This document shows positions 44,020-53,282 of a stretch of DNA of 64,000 nucleotides, one piece after another; within the stretch, counting starts at the first letter, position 1, and each line of letters starts with the position of its first letter. A program made the position numbers and the translations under genes. The notes below the pieces were generated by a model. It made no database searches. It saw nothing but the letters and a program-made list of their open reading frames with translations, and had not been told where the DNA came from. The stretch comes from a virus: positions 65,622 to 129,621 of IMG/VR virus record IMGVR_UViG_3300005683_000019; one strand, given 5' to 3'.

Positions 44020-44925
44020 TTTAGTTCCCTAGGGCCAAACCTAATACATTAGGAAAAGCTAATATACAGTTTCCTTATAAATCAATGACTTAGCAAAAAT
44101 GGCCAGGATTCGGGCGCGCATATTCTCCCAACCACGCACCCATTTTAATACTTTTGGGCTGAATAATGCCTGAATTTTGAAAAAAGTCTTTAGTTCCCTA
44201 GGGCCAAAGTGAACCTGGAAATTGACGATTCCTTATAAATCAATGACTTAGCAAAAATGGATTTCTTTAGTTCCCTAGGGCCAAAGTGAACCCAAAGCTT
44301 CCGACCACGCACCCATTTTAATACATGGACACTTAACCGCGCCTGAACAGTTACGGGTAATGTTATTTAAACGGTTTCTGAATTAACATAAAAAACCGAT
44401 GGATGGTACTTGCATGTAGCATAATTCTTTGCTAAGATAGGGATGCGGCAAGTCTGTTTTAAAGAAAGTGGAGGTAACCGTATAACAAAATTATCAGAAA
44501 AATCAATTATTTACAGCATTTTGTATAAATATAAACATACGCTGAACGTTTATGCTGCGTTCAGCTAAGGGTATTGACAACCATGGAGGTTTTATGTTAT
44601 ACTAAAGGGTTTTTTGGCACATTTTGTAGACCATTTTGGTCAGATTGTGACGATTTTTGACAATTTTGAGGAATGGTTTAGAAAAAATCCTTATAAATCA
44701 ATGACTTACGTGCGGATTATACCAATGATTTTCTAAAATTTTCTGAACAACATCCTAACATAAATTGTAACCAAAAATCTTTCCAAAAATACTCAACAAA
44801 AAAATCAAACAAAATCAATAGTTTACATTTTTGATGAAAAAAGTATGTCTAAATTGATTTTTATATACCATTCAAGCTACTACCTTAAAATATTCTTAGT
44901 AAATTCCCCTAAAATCAACACTTTA
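44020..44925. repeat. Noncoding repeat and IHF-box region, putative origin or packaging site
   Basis: Six WATCAANNNNTTR matches, TTTAGTTCCCTAGGGCCAAA three times, CCTTATAAATCAATGACTTA three times. Confidence 0.7.
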
Positions 44926-45092
44926 CACTTTACAAACATCATTCTCACCCCTCCTTAGGTTCCTAAAATATACACATCCGAAAACCTATCCGAAAATCTT
45001 ACCAATATTTTTTACTACTTTTTACCACTTTTTCTACATAACTTATTGATATACCTCAACCAGCCATTGTGACGCTCAGTGTCAATAAACCA

Positions 45093-45122
45093 AGAAACCC
45101 TAACGCTAGCGTTAGGGTTTCT
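45093..45122. terminator. Palindromic terminator
   Basis: AGAAACCCTAACGCTAGCGTTAGGGTTTCT. Confidence 0.8.
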
Positions 45123-45212
45123 GTATATGCCCTCTTATATTTCATTGGTGTGGCTTTTTTATACCACTCTCTTACTATTAATACATTACTGTAACTATAG
45201 ACAAAAATAAAA

Positions 45213-46220
45213 TTACGATTTTGATCTTTGGCTTCTATTAATAATATAGGCTTTCTTTACTCTGATCTTTCCCTCTTGACAAGCGATAATATCGTCTATA
45301 TGTACTTCCGCAAGTAACATTCTCTGTTTTGTCTCGTCTTTTATTGGCCAGTATTCATTTGTAGAGAAATGTAGACCTGCATCACAAGAAACGGCTGGAT
45401 CGGGGTTATACTCTTTTGCTTCTACCAAACCTTCCTTCGGATAAACAAATGTATTGTCGTGCTCTGATGTATAATCAATGTTCACTCGCTTATAGACATA
45501 AATGTATCCGTCTTCTGTTGGATGGACGCCTAAAGAACATCTAAGTAAATCCACTAAGCTATTTTTTGTGTAATGGCCGAATTTGATGTGTTGTTTTTGG
45601 TTGACGTGGGCTTCTTTATATACTTGAACCGATCCATACACTCGCGCATGGTTATAGACTTGTGCATTCCCGGACACTTGCGCGCCACCAGAAATCAGTG
45701 CTGAGTCATAGACTTGTGCATTCCCGGACACTTGCGCGTCTCCAGATACGTGCACGTAATCTTTTATTTTAGCATTTCCTGAAATGATTGCGTACTTGGT
45801 GATTTTAGCATTTCCACTGACCAGTGTATTTCCATAGACCCGTGTATTTCCATAGACTTGTGCATTGTTATAGACCCGCGCATTGTTATAGATCAGTGCA
45901 TTGTCATAGATCAGTGCATTGTTATGGACCTGCGCATTGTCATAGATCAGTGCATTGTCATAGATCAGTGCATTGTTATAGACCCGCGCATTGTCATAGA
46001 TCAGTGCATTGTTATAGACCCGCGCATTGTCATAGATCAGTGCATTGTTATAGACCCGCGCATTGTCATAAATCCAACAGGTGCCATCGTGGGACAAGTT
46101 CTGTTCTTTTTCAACAAATCCGCCTAAATCACCGGCTTTTACTTTTGCGAAATCTCGCAGTGCTCTGATTCTAAAAAGATGCGTGCCTTCTTGTGGTACT
46201 AATTCGAATTTCTTATTCAT
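45213..46220 (-). CDS. Hexapeptide-repeat protein, paralog B
   Basis: Same N- and C-termini as 43038 gene; repeats A(R/L)(V/I)Y(N/D)N. Confidence 0.8.
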   Translation of the reverse strand: MNKKFELVPQEGTHLFRIRALRDFAKVKAGDLGGFVEKEQNLSHDGTCWIYDNARVYNNALIYDNARVYNNALIYDNARVYNNALIYDNALIYDNAQVHNNALIYDNALIYNNARVYNNAQVYGNTRVYGNTLVSGNAKITKYAIISGNAKIKDYVHVSGDAQVSGNAQVYDSALISGGAQVSGNAQVYNHARVYGSVQVYKEAHVNQKQHIKFGHYTKNSLVDLLRCSLGVHPTEDGYIYVYKRVNIDYTSEHDNTFVYPKEGLVEAKEYNPDPAVSCDAGLHFSTNEYWPIKDETKQRMLLAEVHIDDIIACQEGKIRVKKAYIINRSQRSKS

Positions 46221-46271
46221 TTATGGTTTCTATCTGTGTTTTGATGACTATATGAGAACATCTGATCTGTG

Positions 46272-46637
46272 TCAACCCTCTGTTTTAACACTATATTTAA
46301 TTCCCCATTCAACGAAATAATGGTAATCGTTTGCCTCTATAAACTTTTTACAAAAACTTAAACGCGAATCATCAAATATCATCATGACTTCGATGTCATC
46401 ACCTTTAAAAGTTAATATTATGTTGCCGTTTGATACTCTTTTTACATGAATTGTTTTAAACCCATTATATGGCGAATCTAATAACTCCCCATTCTCACTC
46501 ACATTATTAAAAAGAGTTGGTTCGTCATAAATTGTAATATGCAATAATTTTGCAGCTTGAATGCAATAATTAAAATATTTCTGCGTTGATACGCCATGAT
46601 TGGCTAAAAAACTTTTTAGGTTCATAAAATTCTCCAA
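46272..46637 (-). CDS. Hypothetical protein
   Basis: GGAG RBS. Confidence 0.6.
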   Translation of the reverse strand: MENFMNLKSFLANHGVSTQKYFNYCIQAAKLLHITIYDEPTLFNNVSENGELLDSPYNGFKTIHVKRVSNGNIILTFKGDDIEVMMIFDDSRLSFCKKFIEANDYHYFVEWGIKYSVKTEG

Positions 46638-46643
46638 ATATTT

Positions 46644-47225
46644 CTATACTATTTTTTCTTGTATCACATCGTACCTATCGGATTGTATCAAAAGAACACC
46701 ACTATCTCTATTATATGTGTGATATATTTCTTCGATTAATGGAACAGTAACTATTTTATCATTCACTATTATAGTTCGCTCTAAAATATCATAATTGGTT
46801 TTTGTTTGGTATAGAAGAATTTTATTGTCATTGTCTGTGATGTAATACGATTTTGATGTGTTTCCATCCGGAAAATTGATGTGAACATCGTAAGTATTTG
46901 CAATAATATTATATAATTCTATTGTTTGGTTTATATCATTCGTTACTATGGTGACAATTTCCAATTTTTCATCTAAGAAGAACGCACTAATGTCCTGTTT
47001 ATTTTTACCATTCCAAATAAAACTATTAATTAGATACCCTTCATTGTCTTTATTTTTTACATCATGGTAAATGCGTAAATCTCCATATGTAAAACTAAAT
47101 TTTGTGACATGTGTATTAGACGTGTTGCATTCTATAAAACCGTCATCTAAGAAATCGCATGGTTGTTTAGAAAAACGTTTAATAGCGCCAATAACAGCAT
47201 CTAATATATTTTTACTCGTCTTCAT
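46644..47225 (-). CDS. Hypothetical protein
   Basis: GAGG RBS. Confidence 0.65.
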   Translation of the reverse strand: MKTSKNILDAVIGAIKRFSKQPCDFLDDGFIECNTSNTHVTKFSFTYGDLRIYHDVKNKDNEGYLINSFIWNGKNKQDISAFFLDEKLEIVTIVTNDINQTIELYNIIANTYDVHINFPDGNTSKSYYITDNDNKILLYQTKTNYDILERTIIVNDKIVTVPLIEEIYHTYNRDSGVLLIQSDRYDVIQEKIV

Positions 47226-47247
47226 TTACATCCTCTTTCTGAACTGT

Positions 47248-48078
47248 TTAAGTCTCTGATTGATTTGGAATTTCATTCATCCTTAATTTTAAAAATTTGC
47301 CGCAGTTGGACATAGCTTCTATATTATACATTGCCCCATTATAATGGATTTGTAATTTTTCACCTTTGACTATTTCAACTGTTATTTCTTCCAAGTTTTT
47401 AATAGCTTTATGTAATTTTACTTCTGTGCATCTGATGTCAAAAATGGTATTTTCAGTTTTAAGATGATTTAAAATGCTATCCTCTGGAGCGTTTGTAATT
47501 TTTAGCCACTCTAATTTGGTGAATTGCGAACCATTTAAAAAATAACGTTCGTCAACTTGTAATTTATCGGCACCATCTTCATCTTTATAAAAGGAGTAAT
47601 TTTTAGAGGCCACACCAAACTTATTATGTAATTTTCCTAATAATGTATAGCTGGTAAGTACATCTATAGCGTCTCCATTTATTTCCACTTTTATATTTGG
47701 TACGATAAGATCGTATCCTTCATTATCATTCTTCTGGAAGAATGAGTTTTTTCGGTATGACTTCTTATTGTAGCAGACTGGAACTACCTTAATTACCGTT
47801 TCATTTTTTAAATATTCAACCGTCAGATAAAAATTATCAAATGTGATCACATATAAACAGTTCTTAGCTATATGATAAGTCACATGGCCTGTCACATCAA
47901 CCGGCATATTATATTGTATTTTAAATGTATCTAAATATTGTTGAATTTTATTCAATAATGAATTGATATGAGTGAAATCGCTTATTATATCAAATGTAGT
48001 AAAATTTGTGACATGATAGTTATAATAAGAATATGACTCAGATACTATATCTTTTAATTGATTTAAAGTTAAGTTCAT
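47248..48078 (-). CDS. Hypothetical protein
   Basis: 276 aa; LGKLHNKFGVA...ERYFLNG resembles a WG-repeat. Confidence 0.65.
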   Translation of the reverse strand: MNLTLNQLKDIVSESYSYYNYHVTNFTTFDIISDFTHINSLLNKIQQYLDTFKIQYNMPVDVTGHVTYHIAKNCLYVITFDNFYLTVEYLKNETVIKVVPVCYNKKSYRKNSFFQKNDNEGYDLIVPNIKVEINGDAIDVLTSYTLLGKLHNKFGVASKNYSFYKDEDGADKLQVDERYFLNGSQFTKLEWLKITNAPEDSILNHLKTENTIFDIRCTEVKLHKAIKNLEEITVEIVKGEKLQIHYNGAMYNIEAMSNCGKFLKLRMNEIPNQSET

Positions 48079-48139
48079 ATGTTTTGCCCATGGTGTCTTT
48101 TCATGGTAAGCTTCTAAATATCTGAAGTCAAGGATTCAT

Positions 48140-48766
48140 ATGAAACTAATAGCAACTAGTGACACCCATTTCGTTATACCGCATAATATAATTCCAGAGG
48201 GAGATGTATTCATTCATGCCGGGGATTTATTATATGGAAACATTGAGAAAGAATGGTATGATAACATAGAATGGATCGCCCAGCTACCTCATAAAACTAA
48301 ACTATATACCCCCGGCAATCATGATCACTATGTTTGGGAACATCCACAACGCGCTATAAAAGAGTTAAATGACCGGGGTATTACCTTGCTAGGGTATCCG
48401 GGTAATCCGGTCACAGAAGTCGACGGAATTCGTTTTCTTGGCATACCTTTTGTGACTGGTTTAATGGGATGGTCTTTTAACGCGACAGAATCTTTCATAC
48501 AAAATTATGTTGAAGATGTCTATAAAAACACTGAAAAAATAGATATAGTAGTAGCACATTCTCCACCATATGGGATAATGGATTATGGTTACGGTGTAAT
48601 GTATTTTAATAGTCTGTTAGAAAAATATAAACCGGAATTATTCATATGCGGGCATGTTCACGAGGGTTATGGAATATTCGATTATGGGCACGGGCATGTC
48701 ATAAATGTTTCAATGTGCGATGAGCGATATAATATTAAAAACGCGCCGATGATTATAGATATATGA
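48140..48766 (+). CDS. Calcineurin-like metallophosphoesterase
   Basis: SDTH, HAGDL, GNHD, HSPP, GHVHE. Confidence 0.9.
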   Translation: MKLIATSDTHFVIPHNIIPEGDVFIHAGDLLYGNIEKEWYDNIEWIAQLPHKTKLYTPGNHDHYVWEHPQRAIKELNDRGITLLGYPGNPVTEVDGIRFLGIPFVTGLMGWSFNATESFIQNYVEDVYKNTEKIDIVVAHSPPYGIMDYGYGVMYFNSLLEKYKPELFICGHVHEGYGIFDYGHGHVINVSMCDERYNIKNAPMIIDI

Positions 48767-48957
48767 ATTTAATTTTTAACATATCACTGCTCACATCTAT
48801 CGTAGTAACGATGGTTAGCATATTTGCTATTGTATATTCTAACTTTGACGCACTTACTATTCCAATAATGCTTAATTCTGCGATTATGTGGTTAACCGTT
48901 TTTCAACTATATCTTATAAAGGAAAAATATGATAGCAATAATAAAAATAAAAAATGA
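48763..48957 (+). CDS. Small membrane protein
   Basis: Two TM segments. Confidence 0.5.
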   Translation: MNLIFNISLLTSIVVTMVSIFAIVYSNFDALTIPIMLNSAIMWLTVFQLYLIKEKYDSNNKNKK

Positions 48958-49120
48958 CACCCCAGATAGAATTATAATCCCACTGGACACCTATCAATCC
49001 GTCCAGAACGTAATTACATTGGTACTAGAATATATAAATATTGGAAAAAAAATAAGTTTTCATGTATATGAAGATGACGATTTCTTTGAATTAGAAAACA
49101 CAATGAAATGCGAAGAATAA
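48929..49120 (+). CDS. Hypothetical protein
   Basis: AAGGA RBS. Confidence 0.5.
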   Translation: MIAIIKIKNDTPDRIIIPLDTYQSVQNVITLVLEYINIGKKISFHVYEDDDFFELENTMKCEE

Positions 49121-49314
49121 AATTGTGGTTTGCTTTTATTATAGTTTTTTATATTTCAATATTCATGTATATTGGATTTAATATATTATTAAATTTTCAA
49201 TTAACTAATAATATAATTTTTACAATTTCCTCATGCGCATTTTTATTATCATTAACAGTTTTTGTTATATATGAAATAATATCACTTTATAAAAGATTTA
49301 ACAATTCACCTTAA
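49108..49314 (+). CDS. Small membrane protein
   Basis: Two TM segments. Confidence 0.5.
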   Translation: MRRIKLWFAFIIVFYISIFMYIGFNILLNFQLTNNIIFTISSCAFLLSLTVFVIYEIISLYKRFNNSP

Positions 49315-49756
49315 TATACGGTTTATCTGGAAAATACCCAAGCAGATGACAATCTAACTTTATAGGGTCGACTATGTTACCAACTTTATCTTTTATAAAT
49401 CCATCTTGGTCCACCGTCCACCCTAAATCTAATAGAAATTGTTTAAATGCCTTGTCATGATTATTTTTTTCTAAGAATACTTTAGATTTGAACAATTCAA
49501 AAGATTTTAAATAACTATTATCCAATTTAAATGTCATTTCTTCAACATTTTGTTGAACAAATGAATCCATAATTATCCTTGATGATGCTAGTTTGTCATC
49601 CGATAATGACAAAATTTCATTATAAGTATTATTTTGTAATACTGGCGTCGTCGTTGTGGTATTAAGCATAACAACTGACCCTAATATTATAACTGAAGCT
49701 ATCAACCAAATGGCGCCCGAAATTGAATGCTTAACTTTAGCTTTTGTCATTAACAT
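49298..49756 (-). CDS. Membrane-anchored hypothetical protein
   Basis: N-terminal TM; GGAG RBS. Confidence 0.6.
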   Translation of the reverse strand: MLMTKAKVKHSISGAIWLIASVIILGSVVMLNTTTTTPVLQNNTYNEILSLSDDKLASSRIIMDSFVQQNVEEMTFKLDNSYLKSFELFKSKVFLEKNNHDKAFKQFLLDLGWTVDQDGFIKDKVGNIVDPIKLDCHLLGYFPDKPYIKVNC

Positions 49757-49819
49757 TATTCAATTATATCTCCATTTCAAAATATTTATGGATAAATAAG
49801 TGATCTGTTTTGGATTATT

Positions 49820-50113
49820 ATGAAAAAAATTATTTTTATTTTTATGTGTATGATGTTAACCGCTTGTAAAGAAACGTATGACATAGACTTTAACAAGCCG
49901 GTGGAAATTTGTATTAACCAATACGATAAGAAAGATTTTATTTTATTTCACTCTGAAGATAAATCTAGTTTTGTATCGCAAAGTGTAGGTGTGACTCAAT
50001 TCACGTTTATCGACTATAAACAAGATAGACGTATGCTGAATGAATATGAAATGGAATATTATAATTGTCAAACTGTTGTATCTAAAGAACATTTAATGAG
50101 TATTATACAATGA
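49820..50113 (+). CDS. Putative lipoprotein
   Basis: Lipobox LTAC. Confidence 0.65.
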   Translation: MKKIIFIFMCMMLTACKETYDIDFNKPVEICINQYDKKDFILFHSEDKSSFVSQSVGVTQFTFIDYKQDRRMLNEYEMEYYNCQTVVSKEHLMSIIQ

Positions 50114-51783
50114 AAGTAAGTTTCAAAAACGGGATAGTACAAATACCAACAGAGAAATTTCTCGTAAAGAATGGTAATAATATAGGAATAAACTGTAAAG
50201 ACGGCCCACTTGTATTAACGTTCTCGGATGGTAATAGAGATTACCTATATTTTATAACTGAAACAATTAAAAATGCATGGACTTTAAAATTTAATAAGTT
50301 AAAGGACTCATACTTATACATAGATATTAACAAAAAAACTGGTAATATATCTTACGGTTACACTACGCTTAAGCCAGCTTCATCGAACGGTTTACCTAAT
50401 ACCGCTGAGACTGGACAACACATTTTTGACTACAAGAATAAAAAATTATGGGCTAAGAATCCAAGTATTAAATCTTGGCAACATGTACTAAGAGTATTTT
50501 TAGGGGTTTTCAGAAAAGATTCCATTTTGATATCGAATGTAGTCGGTTCAAATTTTAACTTAACATTTGCAAATAATTCAGGTGAAATATTGTATTTTGA
50601 AAATGCCCCCGTTACAAATATAAATGGTCAATTTATAACTACAGAAACTCTAGTCACCGATGGTGTTATGAACTATGAAAAAATAAGCTCACCATTGACC
50701 AGATTTAAAGCAGCACAAGATATACCACAATTTTATTGTGTTAGCAAGAGAGATAATGATTATGACTACTTGACAATAGCAACAGATGGGAAAAACTGCA
50801 TTGGATTAGCAAGACACTCTGGAAAAACTGATAATTTTATTATACATGTTGATAGAGGTGAGTTATATAATGAAAAGTGGAATTGGAAGGAGTCTCCTGG
50901 AACTCCCCTTTATGTTGGTAAATACGGTGAAGTTTCAACTACACCATATAAATATGTGATACAGGAAATAGGCTTCATAATAGACAATAAAACAATTTTT
51001 TTAGATATAAAACCGCAATTATTTTTAACCTTTCCTAAGATTACTCCGACCCCGACAAAAACAGTCATAACAACAAGCGCGCCTACGATCACTCCAACAA
51101 TTACTCCGACTACAACAAAAACACCTACGGCAACACCGACGCCGACGACTACACCTACGCCGACAAAAACTAGTACAATTACTCCGACTGTCACTACAAC
51201 GATTACACCTACGCCGACAAAAACTAGTACAATTACTCCGACTGTCACACCTAGTGTTACTGTAACTAGAACGATTACACCTACTATAACAAATACGGTT
51301 ACACCAACAGTTTCTATGTTATCCGATACACCAGTTCCAACACCGGAACCGACACCAACAGTTACTCCGACGCTGCCACCCCCATTTTCTAGAGTCAATG
51401 TAATTTACAATTTTATTGGATCAGAACCATTTGAATTGTATGACAATTTATGTACAATCAACACTGGTTTTACATATGCTGATATCACAAGTGGTTCTGC
51501 AGATGTGTATGATGGTAATAATGGTTGCGGGTTTAATTACTACACGAATGATTGTTCGGTTGTATATGGCGTAGATCCAGGTTCTGAACTACCTAATTAT
51601 ACCAGTTCATTTAGCATATCTCCGCAATCATTAGCAATTTCAGGAGGAAAACCTGAAATTGACATATCCATATTAAACCCTCCAGCAGAAGGCGGCTCTA
51701 CAGGGGGGATTATCTACACCATAGAAATAGATACTAATTTGGGCAGTTTTACTTGGAAAATTGTATATAACTCATGCGTATGA
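50110..51783 (+). CDS. Probable virion decoration/fibre protein with long Pro/Thr-rich linker
   Basis: About 120-aa TPT-rich tract; decoration-like segment WNW...GTPLYVGKYG. Confidence 0.65.
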   Translation: MKVSFKNGIVQIPTEKFLVKNGNNIGINCKDGPLVLTFSDGNRDYLYFITETIKNAWTLKFNKLKDSYLYIDINKKTGNISYGYTTLKPASSNGLPNTAETGQHIFDYKNKKLWAKNPSIKSWQHVLRVFLGVFRKDSILISNVVGSNFNLTFANNSGEILYFENAPVTNINGQFITTETLVTDGVMNYEKISSPLTRFKAAQDIPQFYCVSKRDNDYDYLTIATDGKNCIGLARHSGKTDNFIIHVDRGELYNEKWNWKESPGTPLYVGKYGEVSTTPYKYVIQEIGFIIDNKTIFLDIKPQLFLTFPKITPTPTKTVITTSAPTITPTITPTTTKTPTATPTPTTTPTPTKTSTITPTVTTTITPTPTKTSTITPTVTPSVTVTRTITPTITNTVTPTVSMLSDTPVPTPEPTPTVTPTLPPPFSRVNVIYNFIGSEPFELYDNLCTINTGFTYADITSGSADVYDGNNGCGFNYYTNDCSVVYGVDPGSELPNYTSSFSISPQSLAISGGKPEIDISILNPPAEGGSTGGIIYTIEIDTNLGSFTWKIVYNSCV

Positions 51784-51795
51784 TAAATAATTGAT

Positions 51796-52068
51796 ATGAA
51801 AATTAAAGATATTACTGAAAGTTTAAAAGATGAGAATAGAAATTTAAACACTGCGCCATCTTCACCCGAAAATGGACAAATGTCTACTGCGCAGGCTGCA
51901 AAATTTCTAGGAGTTACTATGGGTCGTATTCGACAACTTATACGCGATGGCAAATTATCGTCAGATGAACCTGAAAAGGGCAGACGCGACCATAAAATTA
52001 AAGCAAAAGACGTAAAAGATTTTAAAAAGAATAGAAAACCGGGTAGACCGAGTGGAGAAAACACATGA
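51796..52068 (+). CDS. Excisionase/MerR-like HTH protein
   Basis: MSTAQAAKFLGVTMGRIRQLIRDGKL; RKPGRP. Confidence 0.75.
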   Translation: MKIKDITESLKDENRNLNTAPSSPENGQMSTAQAAKFLGVTMGRIRQLIRDGKLSSDEPEKGRRDHKIKAKDVKDFKKNRKPGRPSGENT

Positions 52069-52286
52069 TAAGAGTTATTACCGATTTCGGTACTATAAAT
52101 GTCGACCCATCATCATTATCATTTCTAAACATCAATGCTGACATTGATTCTATGAAATATGAAGTAACTTTTTATTTCAAAGATACTAATAATTCATTAA
52201 ACACCAGCTTTTCAACAGTGGAAGAAGTTGTTAAACTATTGAAGTCTATTGAGTTACAAAAACCTTCAAAAATAATTAAAAAATAA
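52065..52286 (+). CDS. Hypothetical protein
   Basis: Coupled ORF. Confidence 0.55.
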   Translation: MIRVITDFGTINVDPSSLSFLNINADIDSMKYEVTFYFKDTNNSLNTSFSTVEEVVKLLKSIELQKPSKIIKK

Positions 52287-52299
52287 TAGGAGACATTAT

Positions 52300-52536
52300 A
52301 TGAAGATTGAAGTCTATTCCAAGGACGGTTGTCCTTATTGCGTGCGTGCAAAAAATCTATTAAGTATTAAAGGTATGAACTACACCGAATTTAGATTAGG
52401 CGAAAATGGCGTGGATAAAGATTTTATTCAAAAGAAAGCGGGTAAGTCTGTAAATACAGTACCGCAAATATTCATCAACGACCAACATATTGGTGGATTT
52501 ACAGATCTTGAAAAATATCTTAAGGAGGCTAGATGA
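52300..52536 (+). CDS. grx: Glutaredoxin
   Basis: CPYC, TVPQIF, IGGF. Confidence 0.95.
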   Translation: MKIEVYSKDGCPYCVRAKNLLSIKGMNYTEFRLGENGVDKDFIQKKAGKSVNTVPQIFINDQHIGGFTDLEKYLKEAR

Positions 52537-52814
52537 GTTCCACATTTATCGCCGGTTTATGTTTTTTTACCTTTGTGGTTTATGCTGTCTACACTAAATT
52601 AAATAGAAAGAAATTCATTCCATCAGAAGTTATAATAGGAAACAGGAAATATTATAACCCTGAAGATAGAGTATACATAAATGTTTTGGATTTTGATGGT
52701 GTTTATGTATACTTTACAATAGAAGACGAATCTGAATTGGCAGAACAACAGGTGTTGACGAAAGAAGCATTTTTGGATAAATTCATCAAAATTCCATCCA
52801 GACTAAATGATTAA
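52533..52814 (+). CDS. Membrane-anchored hypothetical protein
   Basis: N-terminal TM. Confidence 0.6.
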   Translation: MSSTFIAGLCFFTFVVYAVYTKLNRKKFIPSEVIIGNRKYYNPEDRVYINVLDFDGVYVYFTIEDESELAEQQVLTKEAFLDKFIKIPSRLND

Positions 52815-53282
52815 ATGATTAAATATATAAAAAAAGATGTAACAACAATCACTGAAAATTGTATTATAGCTCACGGCGTGAACTGCTTGGGCGTTATGGG
52901 CTCCGGAATTGCTCTGGCCATTAAAAATAAATGGCCAGAGGTATTTACGGTTTATTCAAATTATCTTAATTCATTACAAAAAAAGCAATTGGCGCTTGGT
53001 CGTGTTAAATTCTATACACCAGTTTCTGGACCTATAATTGCCAACTGTTTCACACAAGTTAATACTGCTAGCTTCAAAGGCGAAAGAGTTGCCGATGTAG
53101 ATGCTATCCGTCTATGCTTATATACGTGTGCAAAACTCGCAGAGGGGCATGAGCTAGATTTATATCTACCAAGAATTGGTTGCGGTCTAGGAGGTCTTTC
53201 TTGGGAAAACGAGGTGGAGCCCATAGTTCAACAGATTTCAAAAGACTTTAATTATATAAATATATTTGTTTGCGATATTTAA
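52815..53282 (+). CDS. Macro domain protein (ADP-ribose hydrolase-like)
   Basis: HGVNCLGVMGSGIA; PRIGCGLGGLSW. Confidence 0.9.
   Translation: MIKYIKKDVTTITENCIIAHGVNCLGVMGSGIALAIKNKWPEVFTVYSNYLNSLQKKQLALGRVKFYTPVSGPIIANCFTQVNTASFKGERVADVDAIRLCLYTCAKLAEGHELDLYLPRIGCGLGGLSWENEVEPIVQQISKDFNYINIFVCDI

Noticed and set aside
44020-44330. CRISPR array
   Set aside because: Repeats are of several types with irregular spacing and partly repeated spacers; no cas genes
43038-46220. Diversity-generating retroelement (TR/VR pair)
   Set aside because: Differences between the paralogs are mostly synonymous and not adenine-specific, and no reverse transcriptase is in the window
50910-51398. Val/Gly-rich minus-strand ORF
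   Set aside because: Antisense shadow of the Pro/Thr tract
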